DNA of 20,586 nucleotides from a virus (Duplodnaviria; Heunggongvirae; Uroviricota; Caudoviricetes): IMG/VR virus record IMGVR_UViG_2563366976_000012, positions 1 to 20,586 of that record; one strand, 5' to 3'. Shown piece by piece: positions 14,199 to 20,586 of this stretch (position 1 is its first letter; each line of letters starts with the position of its first letter). The notes under the pieces were generated by a model. It saw only the letters and a program-made list of their open reading frames with translations, ran no database searches and was not told where the DNA came from. The position numbers and the translations under genes were made by a program.

Positions 14199-14561
14199 AT
14201 GGCTAGCGTACGCAGTACTGATGTGCAGGTATTTATCGTAGAACTGGACGGCGGCGTATTTGAAACCAAACTCGGCGCAGTTCTCAGTGAAGTCGCTTCC
14301 GGTGTGATGAACACGAAAAACAAAGGTAAAGTCTCGGTCAATCTGGACATCGAACCGTTTGATGAGAACCGTGTGAAAATCAAACACAAACTCTCATATG
14401 TTCGCCCGACTAACCGCGGGAAAATCTCCGAAGAAGACACCACCGAAACGCCGATGTATGTCAATCGAGGTGGTCGCCTGACTATTCTGCAGGAAGACCA
14501 GGGACAATTACTGACTCTTGCCGGTGAACCTGACGGAAAACTCCGCGCAGCAGGTCGTTAA
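14199..14561 (+). CDS. yfdP: YfdP-like hypothetical protein (120 aa)
   Basis: Start at MASVRSTD (GAGGAG 8 nt upstream); the track ORF begins earlier but lacks an SD. Length equals CPS-53 YfdP and it precedes yfdQ/R/S homologues in conserved order. Confidence 0.55.
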   Translation: MASVRSTDVQVFIVELDGGVFETKLGAVLSEVASGVMNTKNKGKVSVNLDIEPFDENRVKIKHKLSYVRPTNRGKISEEDTTETPMYVNRGGRLTILQEDQGQLLTLAGEPDGKLRAAGR

Positions 14562-14626
14562 TATCGTTCGTAATAAACTGATTATTTATCTCATCACTGA
14601 ATATCTTTATATAGTGAGGACTTATT

Positions 14627-15451
14627 ATGTCTCAGAACTTAGACGCAACCGCAATTAATCAAATCCATGCCCTTATTTCTGCTCAGGGTGTTAATGAAAT
14701 TATCAGTAAGATTGGTGCCGATGCTGTGGCATTGCCTGAGAATTTCCGCATTCATGATCTGGAAAAATTTAATTTAAATCGCTTCCGTTTCCGTGGTGCA
14801 CTTTCCACTGCCAGCATCGATGATTTTACCCGTTATTCTAAAGATCTTGCAGATGAAGGCACCCGCTGCTTTATCGATGCCGATAATATGCGTGCCGTCA
14901 GTGTGCTTAACCTGGGTACTATTGATGAGCCAGGTCACGCAGATAACACTGCCACTCTCAAACTGAAAAAGACAGCACCGTTCTCTGCTCTGTTGTCTGT
15001 TAACGGCGAGCGTAACTCCCAGAAGTCACTGGCAGAATGGATCGAAGACTGGGCCGACTACCTTGTGGGCTTTGATGCTAATGGTGACGCTATTCAGGCA
15101 ACAAAAGCGGCTGCGGCAGTCCGTAAAATCACGATTGAAGCAAACCAGACCGCTGATTTTGAAGATAATGACTTCAGCGGCAAACGCTCCCTGATGGAGT
15201 CTGTCGAAGCGAAGACCAAAGACATTATGCCAGTGGCATTTGAATTTAAATGCGTTCCGTTTGAAGGTCTGAAAGAACGTCCGTTTAAATTACGCCTCAG
15301 CATTATCACTGGCGATCGTCCTGTACTGGTTCTGCGCATTATTCAGCTGGAAGCGGTGCAGGAAGAAATGGCTAACGAATTTCGTGATCTGCTTGTTGAG
15401 AAATTCAAAGACAGCAAAGTAGAAACCTTTATTGGTACTTTCACCGCCTGA
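14627..15451 (+). CDS. yfdQ: YfdQ-like protein (DUF2303), 274 aa
   Basis: GAGGA SD; length and N-terminus [18 protein letters not shown] consistent with recalled E. coli YfdQ (CPS-53 prophage). Confidence 0.65.
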   Translation: MSQNLDATAINQIHALISAQGVNEIISKIGADAVALPENFRIHDLEKFNLNRFRFRGALSTASIDDFTRYSKDLADEGTRCFIDADNMRAVSVLNLGTIDEPGHADNTATLKLKKTAPFSALLSVNGERNSQKSLAEWIEDWADYLVGFDANGDAIQATKAAAAVRKITIEANQTADFEDNDFSGKRSLMESVEAKTKDIMPVAFEFKCVPFEGLKERPFKLRLSIITGDRPVLVLRIIQLEAVQEEMANEFRDLLVEKFKDSKVETFIGTFTA

Positions 15452-15463
15452 TTTCATTACTGC

Positions 15464-15485
15464 AAATGCCCCTGCGGGGGCATTT
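15464..15485 (+). terminator. Hairpin (attenuator/terminator-like) between the yfdQ and yfdR homologues
   Basis: AAATGCCCC-tgcg-GGGGCATTT perfect 9-bp stem; U-run is short, so termination is probably partial. Confidence 0.4.
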
Positions 15486-15578
15486 ATGGAAACGTAATTA
15501 ACTCAATAATCACCGGATGGTGAGGGCTTCCTTTTACCAGAATTCAGCGCGGTGCAGTGCATATACGTGGAGAACAAA

Positions 15579-16115
15579 ATGTCATTTATTAAAACTTTTT
15601 CCGGGAAGCATTTTTATTATGACAAGATAAATAAAGACGACATCGATATTAACGATATCGCGGTTTCCCTTTCAAATATCTGTCGCTTTGCCGGTCATCT
15701 TTCGCACTTCTACAGCGTCGCCCAACATGCGGTTCTTTGCAGCCAGCTGGTGCCGCAGGAATTTGCTTTTGAAGCGTTAATGCATGATGCAACAGAAGCG
15801 TATTGCCAGGACATTCCCGCACCACTGAAACGCCTTCTTCCTGACTATAAACGGATGGAAGAAAAAATAGACGCCGTAATCCGTGAGAAATACGGGTTAC
15901 CCCCAGTTATGAGTACACCCGTGAAATATGCCGATCTCATCATGCTGGCAACCGAACGCCGCGATCTCGGGCTTGATGATGGCTCTTTCTGGCCTGTACT
16001 GGAAGGCATCCCGGCAACAGAGATGTTCAACGTGATTCCACTGGCACCGGGTCATGCCTACGGGATGTTTATGGAACGTTTTAACGATTTATCGGAGTTA
16101 CGCAAATGCGCATGA
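15579..16115 (+). CDS. yfdR: HD-domain 5'-deoxynucleotidase, YfdR-like (178 aa)
   Basis: Start MSFIKTF with GGAGA SD; H..H and HD motifs (LSHFYSVAQHAV...EALMHDATEAY); length identical to E. coli YfdR. Confidence 0.8.
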   Translation: MSFIKTFSGKHFYYDKINKDDIDINDIAVSLSNICRFAGHLSHFYSVAQHAVLCSQLVPQEFAFEALMHDATEAYCQDIPAPLKRLLPDYKRMEEKIDAVIREKYGLPPVMSTPVKYADLIMLATERRDLGLDDGSFWPVLEGIPATEMFNVIPLAPGHAYGMFMERFNDLSELRKCA

Positions 16116-16468
16116 ATGTTTTCGAAATGGAAGGGTTTCTTCGCGGGAAATGTGTACCGCGAGATCTGAAAGTGAATGAAACAAATGCTGAGTACCTGTT
16201 ACGTAAATTCGACGCGCTTGAAGCTAAATGTGCGGCACTGGAAAACAAAATAATACCAGTGTCAGCTGAACTGCCACCAGCAAATGAAAGTGTTCTGTTA
16301 TTTGATGCTAACGGAGAAGGCTGGCTAATTGGCTGGCGTTCTCTCTGGTACACCTGGGGACAAAAAGAAACCGGAGAATGGCTGTGGACATTTCAGGTCG
16401 GGGACCTTGAAAACGTCAATATCACTCACTGGGCAGTAATGCCGAAAGCACCGAAGAATAAAAAATGA
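16106..16468 (+). CDS. yfdS: YfdS-like DUF551 protein (120 aa)
   Basis: Overlaps the yfdR stop; DUF551-like pattern IPVSAELPPANESVLLFDANGEGWLIGW...THWAVMPKAP. Confidence 0.6.
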   Translation: MRMNVFEMEGFLRGKCVPRDLKVNETNAEYLLRKFDALEAKCAALENKIIPVSAELPPANESVLLFDANGEGWLIGWRSLWYTWGQKETGEWLWTFQVGDLENVNITHWAVMPKAPKNKK

Positions 16469-16668
16469 GCGTGATAAAAACTCATACAGGAATTGTTATC
16501 ACCCGAGACGGTCCGCAGGTAAAAAAACTGCACCAGACAAAGCGGATGTGGGTCGTCGGAAAAAACGAGTTTTACCACAAAGAAACCGGACGCCGCCACT
16601 TTGCAGAAAATACTCGCCGCCGACTGCTGATCGATACCATCAAGCCTATCGAGGTGAAGCATGTTTAA
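16465..16668 (+). CDS. Hypothetical small basic protein (67 aa)
   Basis: ATGA start/stop overlap with yfdS in operon context; no recognisable family. Confidence 0.45.
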   Translation: MSVIKTHTGIVITRDGPQVKKLHQTKRMWVVGKNEFYHKETGRRHFAENTRRRLLIDTIKPIEVKHV

Positions 16669-16900
16669 ACAGAACGAAAAATCTATCGCTCAAATTGCTG
16701 AGTATATCCCGCGTGCGTGCCGGGATATGCAGTTGCAGGAAGCCAAAGCACGCCTGGAGAAAAAAATTGCGCTCTATATCGATGACGGCTGTGATGCCGC
16801 CGTTCTTAACGCGGCGTTCGCGCCAGCTCTTAACAGTCATACGCGAAAGTCTTTTTTTTCGTGCATCGCAGCGCAGATCCGTAAAGGAGGCAACCAGTGA
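16661..16900 (+). CDS. Hypothetical protein (79 aa)
   Basis: 8-nt overlap with the upstream ORF; operon context. Confidence 0.45.
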   Translation: MFKQNEKSIAQIAEYIPRACRDMQLQEAKARLEKKIALYIDDGCDAAVLNAAFAPALNSHTRKSFFSCIAAQIRKGGNQ

Positions 16901-17496
16901 GCAACATTAACTATCAGGTACTGCGTGAAAAGGCAGAGAAAGCAACTAAAGGAAGCTACATCGTAGGGCATACATCTGTTAACCAACACGGCAATTTAAC
17001 AGGAGTTTTTGTTTGTCAAAAATGGAAAGGAGAACCCGGTGGCGTAATTGCAGAATGTCACGTTAACTGCCTGGTTGAAACAGATGCTCAGGCTTATGCA
17101 AACGCTGAATTCATAGCAGAGGCTAACCCGGCTACCGTGCTGGCACTGCTGGATGAACAGGAAAGAAACCAGCAATACATCAAACGCCGCGACCAGGAGA
17201 ACGAGGATATTGCGCTAACGGTAGGGAAGCTGCGCGTTGAGCTTGAGGAGACAAAATCAAAACTCAACGAGCAGCGCGAGTATTATGAGGGAGTTATCTC
17301 TGATGGGTGCAAGCGTATTGCTGAACTGGAAGCGCGGGAAGTTCAATTACCGACTCGCTACGACCTTCGATATGGACACCCCATAAATGCAGATGAGCGA
17401 CAAGTCATGATACCTAAAGAAAATGGCAGTTGGCTTTACCTGATTGACCTAGAACACGCATTACGCGTCGCTGACATTCGCATCAAAGGAGAGTGA
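16897..17496 (+). CDS. Ead/Ea22-like family protein
   Basis: 199 aa; ANAEFIAEANPATVLALLDEQE motif and central coiled-coil typical of Ead/Ea22-like prophage proteins; ATGA coupling. Confidence 0.55.
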   Translation: MSNINYQVLREKAEKATKGSYIVGHTSVNQHGNLTGVFVCQKWKGEPGGVIAECHVNCLVETDAQAYANAEFIAEANPATVLALLDEQERNQQYIKRRDQENEDIALTVGKLRVELEETKSKLNEQREYYEGVISDGCKRIAELEAREVQLPTRYDLRYGHPINADERQVMIPKENGSWLYLIDLEHALRVADIRIKGE

Positions 17497-17497
17497 T

Positions 17498-18013
17498 ATG
17501 GCGTTAACACACCACGAACTCTGTCAGATTGCGTACAAGTTCCTTAAGCGCAACGGGTTCAAGGTTTGCTTTCATGACCGCTTTGTTGCTGTAACCAGTA
17601 CCGGAGAACAGCCAGATGCTATGGGATTCAGAAATTCAGCATCATGCCTGATAGAGGCGAAGTGTTCTCGTGCTGACTTGTTGGCAGATAGAAAAAAGCG
17701 TTTCCGTAAAAATCCCTCACTTGGCATGGGCGACTGGCGATTCTTTATTAGTGAGCCGGAAATTATTTCAGTTGAGGATTTACCTCCCGGCTGGGGATTA
17801 CTTCACGTTGTTAACGGAAGAGTACGGAAAGTACATGGATGGCCCAGGGGTAATTGCTGTTGGGGTAATCCTGACGATAAGCCATTTACCGGGAATAAGC
17901 AGGTTGAATGCGATTACATGTTATCTGCATTAAGGCGCATGGAGTTGAGAGGGCACCTTAATGAAATATATGACGGTGTAATTGTTAATAAGAAAGAAGG
18001 AAACGCGGCATGA
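17498..18013 (+). CDS. PD-(D/E)XK nuclease-like protein
   Basis: 171 aa; candidate catalytic motifs GEQPDAMGF ... CLIEAKCS (D...E-x-K). Confidence 0.45.
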   Translation: MALTHHELCQIAYKFLKRNGFKVCFHDRFVAVTSTGEQPDAMGFRNSASCLIEAKCSRADLLADRKKRFRKNPSLGMGDWRFFISEPEIISVEDLPPGWGLLHVVNGRVRKVHGWPRGNCCWGNPDDKPFTGNKQVECDYMLSALRRMELRGHLNEIYDGVIVNKKEGNAA

Positions 18014-18528
18014 TCACTATTACCAAAGAGCGACTGCTGACAATCAAGCAGTGGCGCGAAACATACGGACCGGGTAGCAACGTTGTACTGCCAGCAGAAG
18101 AAGCGGAAGAACTGGCACGAATTGCTCTGGCATCGCTGGAAGCAGAGCCGATAGGTTTCCGTTGCAGGCGCAATGATAACCTTGGTGATTGGAGTTACGT
18201 ATATCATCGAGAGCCAGATGATTTTGAGCGCAAACATTTAGTGATAGAGGGCATTTACGCCGCCCCTCCAGCGCCGGTAGTGCCGGAAGAAATGTATTGG
18301 CAGGATGCGCCAGTTGAAGGCAGCAGCAAAGCGGCTGCATACGCTACAGGCTGGAACGATTGCCGCGAAGCCATGCTTCAGTCCGGAAACTTTCGGGAAA
18401 ATAAAGATTCGTCAACCAATAATTTTCGGAAAATCCCGGAAGCGTCAACCAGCTCTCCGGTAACTCCGGATGGTTGGATAAGCTGTAGTGAGCGAATGCC
18501 GGACGACAGGCAGGAGGTGAATCAATGA
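18010..18528 (+). CDS. Hypothetical protein with a C-terminal DUF551-like start (PDGWISCSERMPDD) that is cut off by the stop
   Basis: 172 aa; ATGA coupling at both ends. Confidence 0.5.
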   Translation: MITITKERLLTIKQWRETYGPGSNVVLPAEEAEELARIALASLEAEPIGFRCRRNDNLGDWSYVYHREPDDFERKHLVIEGIYAAPPAPVVPEEMYWQDAPVEGSSKAAAYATGWNDCREAMLQSGNFRENKDSSTNNFRKIPEASTSSPVTPDGWISCSERMPDDRQEVNQ

Positions 18529-18608
18529 GCTGGCCTGATGCAATCGTAACTCTGGGGGTGGTATTCGCAGCAGCGTTTGTTGTGTTCTCGATTTGTCGAT
18601 GGGGATAA
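18525..18608 (+). CDS. 27-aa hydrophobic peptide (single predicted transmembrane helix)
   Basis: MSWPDAIVTLGVVFAAAFVVFSICRWG; AGGAGG 7 nt upstream; ATGA overlap with the preceding stop. Below the 60-aa cutoff of the supplied ORF track. Confidence 0.4.
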   Translation: MSWPDAIVTLGVVFAAAFVVFSICRWG

Positions 18609-18612
18609 CCAC

Positions 18613-18855
18613 ATGTTCGCTTTGATTCAACGCGGTCAGATATACACGGACAGAGCCGGATACCCCGTGGTGATTACTCGCATCACTGAGCACTCAGTGT
18701 TCTTTCGACGGATGGACGGACGATCCGGGCGGGTACGCATTGGTGAGTTAAACTGCCTGTTCGAACATATTGACCACCAGGAGTACCGCAAAATTCTCGC
18801 GGACACTGAGCAGGAAAAGCACCTGAAAAAATTACGAGCCATAAAAAGGAAGTAA
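18613..18855 (+). CDS. Hypothetical small protein (80 aa)
   Basis: Start MFALIQRGQIY chosen over the upstream track start because GGGGA lies about 7 nt upstream. Confidence 0.5.
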   Translation: MFALIQRGQIYTDRAGYPVVITRITEHSVFFRRMDGRSGRVRIGELNCLFEHIDHQEYRKILADTEQEKHLKKLRAIKRK

Positions 18856-18858
18856 AGA

Positions 18859-18993
18859 ATGAATAAAGCATTTGAACGATGGGTCCACCAGCGTTACGGC
18901 AATCGCTATGACCTGACGCGAGATGTTGACGGCTTCTACTGTCGTGAAGTTGTGAAGCGAATGTTTGACGTGTGGTGCCACTGCCGTGGATGA
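18859..18993 (+). CDS. 44-aa Cys/His-containing small protein
   Basis: MNKAFERWVHQRYGNRYDLTRDVDGFYCREVVKRMFDVWCHCRG; AAGGAAG SD; starts 3 nt after the previous stop. Not in the ORF track (under 60 aa). Confidence 0.4.
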   Translation: MNKAFERWVHQRYGNRYDLTRDVDGFYCREVVKRMFDVWCHCRG

Positions 18994-19011
18994 AAATTTT
19001 ATGAGGTTGGC

Positions 19012-19266
19012 ATGCAGACAATCATCTATCAGATAACCCCCAGCAAATGGTGTACGGAGAGAGTCCTCATTGCATCAACAGGGCTAAAGCCTGGCACCAT
19101 TGAGCGGGCAAGAAGAAAGTCATGGATGCAGGGAAAAGAATACCGCCATTACGCTGTAGAAGGTGATCCGAGGCACTACAGTGAATGCCTGTACAACATC
19201 GAAGAAATTATGCGATGGATCGAAAACCAGAAACAACCAGGTGCCAAAAATGCAAGTTCCGGTTAA
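19012..19266 (+). CDS. Excisionase-like protein (DUF1233-type putative Xis)
   Basis: 84 aa immediately upstream of the integrase; W/Y-rich pattern (KWCTERVLIASTGLKPGTIERARRKSWMQGKEYRHY) typical of the enterobacterial prophage excisionase family. Confidence 0.65.
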   Translation: MQTIIYQITPSKWCTERVLIASTGLKPGTIERARRKSWMQGKEYRHYAVEGDPRHYSECLYNIEEIMRWIENQKQPGAKNASSG

Positions 19267-19299
19267 CCTGTTAATGCTCCTGGACGTCTGGGAGGTTTA

Positions 19300-20586
19300 A
19301 TGAGTAACGCATCATACCCGACAGGCGTTGAAAACCATGGAGGATCACTCCGTATATGGTTTCACTATAATGGCAAACGTGTCAGAGAAAACCTCGGTGT
19401 TCCTGACACAGCCAAAAACCGGAAGATCGCTGGTGAACTTCGCACTTCCGTTTGTTTTGCAATCAGAATGGGGAGTTTCGACTACTCCGCGCAGTTCCCT
19501 AATTCCCCTAACCTGAAACACTTTGGTCTGGGAAAAAGAGAGATAACCGTTAAGGCACTTTCGGAAAAATGGTTGGACCTTAAGAAAATTGAGATTTGTG
19601 CGAATGCACTTAACCGTTACCAGTCAGTAATTAAAAACATGTTACCAATGTTAGGTGAAAAAAAACTGGTTTCATCCATAACAAAAGAGGATTTACTTTT
19701 CGTAAGGAGAGATTTGTTGACCGGTTACCAAAAACTTTCTAATGGAAAGACTTCTTCCATAAAAGGGCGCTCAGTGGTCACGGTAAACTACTATATGACA
19801 ACCATAGCTGGAATGTTTCAATTTGCAACAGATAATGGTTATACCTCAGGAAACCCATTTAACGGTCTGGCTCCCTTAAAAAAGTCCAAGGTAAAACCAG
19901 ATCCTCTCACCCGTGACGAATTTATTCGTTTTATTGAGGCTTGCCGTCATCAACAAACAAAAAACCTGTGGATTCTCGCTGTATACACGGGTATTCGTCA
20001 CGGGGAGCTGGTATCGCTGGCATGGGAAGATATAGATCTTAAAGCAAGGACTATAACCATCCGTAGGAATTATACAAAACTTGGCGAATTCACTCCACCA
20101 AAAACTGATGCTGGCACCGGAAGGACAATTCATCTGGTTCAACCAGCTATTGATGCTCTTAAAAGTCAGGCGGAAATGACCATGCTTGGAAAGCAACATT
20201 CTGTAGAGGTAAAGCAGAGGGAATATGGGAGAAGTACTGTGCATAAATGCACTTTTGTTTTTAGTCCTCAGGTAATAAAACAGCGGCAGTTTTCCGGACC
20301 GCACTATAAGGTTGACTCCATCAGGGAGTCATGGACAAGTATCTTAAAACACGCAGGTCTGAGACACAGAAAATCGTACCAATCCAGGCATACTTATGCA
20401 TGCTGGTCACTTGCCGCTGGAGCTAATCCTAGTTTTATCGCAAGCCAGATGGGCCACACAAACGCACAAATGGTATTCAATGTTTACGGAGCATGGATGA
20501 AAGACAACAATCACGAACAGATAGAACTCCTTAACAAAAGACTATCTGAAAGTGTCCCATGTATGCCCCATAAGAAAGTGGGGTAA
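19300..20586 (+). CDS. Tyrosine site-specific integrase
   Basis: 428 aa, GGAGG SD; C-terminal catalytic domain with R (GIRHGELVSLAWEDID), H-x-x-R (SRHTYA) and catalytic Tyr region (VFNVYGAW). Stop codon is the last triplet of the window, so the att site lies beyond it. Confidence 0.9.
   Translation: MSNASYPTGVENHGGSLRIWFHYNGKRVRENLGVPDTAKNRKIAGELRTSVCFAIRMGSFDYSAQFPNSPNLKHFGLGKREITVKALSEKWLDLKKIEICANALNRYQSVIKNMLPMLGEKKLVSSITKEDLLFVRRDLLTGYQKLSNGKTSSIKGRSVVTVNYYMTTIAGMFQFATDNGYTSGNPFNGLAPLKKSKVKPDPLTRDEFIRFIEACRHQQTKNLWILAVYTGIRHGELVSLAWEDIDLKARTITIRRNYTKLGEFTPPKTDAGTGRTIHLVQPAIDALKSQAEMTMLGKQHSVEVKQREYGRSTVHKCTFVFSPQVIKQRQFSGPHYKVDSIRESWTSILKHAGLRHRKSYQSRHTYACWSLAAGANPSFIASQMGHTNAQMVFNVYGAWMKDNNHEQIELLNKRLSESVPCMPHKKVG

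Larger units (their letters stand above)
1..20586. mobile_element. Lambdoid prophage (partial; int/xis end at right, late region continuing past the left edge)
   Basis: Contiguous phage modules in canonical order: integrase, excisionase, early-left operon, cI/cro immunity region, replication, nin-like genes (methyltransferase, RusA), Q, tRNAs, nanS-p. Frequent 1-4 nt start/stop overlaps typical of phage operons. Confidence 0.9.

Noticed and set aside
1-20586. Scanned for CRISPR arrays, rRNA genes and IS/transposase genes
   Set aside because: None found. The only regular repeat array is the 15-bp iteron set inside the replication gene, which lacks CRISPR-like spacer structure; the only recombinase is the phage tyrosine integrase.

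Overview
The window is almost entirely one lambdoid prophage, read in reverse orientation relative to the lambda map. Right end: tyrosine integrase and excisionase at the end of a plus-strand early-left operon (homologues of CPS-53 yfdP/Q/R/S, an Ead/Ea22-like protein, a nuclease-like protein and small ORFs). Centre: immunity region with an S24-type cI repressor (plus) and a divergent Cro/YdaS-like gene (minus), separated by CTAAG-N4-NTTAG operator repeats. Leftwards on the minus strand: a YdaT/CII-like candidate, two tandem Rha-domain paralogues, an HTH replication initiator with an embedded iteron array, a PerC-like regulator, an N6-adenine methyltransferase, a LexA DNA-binding-domain-only protein, RusA, a KilA-N antirepressor-like gene preceded by a near-consensus SOS box, a DUF968 protein and a QuuD-type Q antiterminator carrying an in-frame TGA at codon 11. 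Left of Q lies AT-rich moron cargo with its own terminators (an unknown 205-aa protein, a 65-aa putative DNA-binding protein, an AppY/YdeO-like AraC regulator), then an ileZ-argN-argO-like tRNA triplet, a roughly 490-bp interval with no toxin gene, and the 5' 1221 nt of a nanS-p-type sialate O-acetylesterase gene. The layout is that of a Stx-converting phage without stx. No CRISPR array, rRNA or transposase was seen. The most promising uncharacterised elements are the unknown 205-aa cargo gene, the SOS-box/antirepressor/LexA-fragment trio, the tandem Rha paralogues and the opposite-strand membrane-protein gene beside cI. All homology calls are from reading the translations and recalled family signatures; no database search was run.
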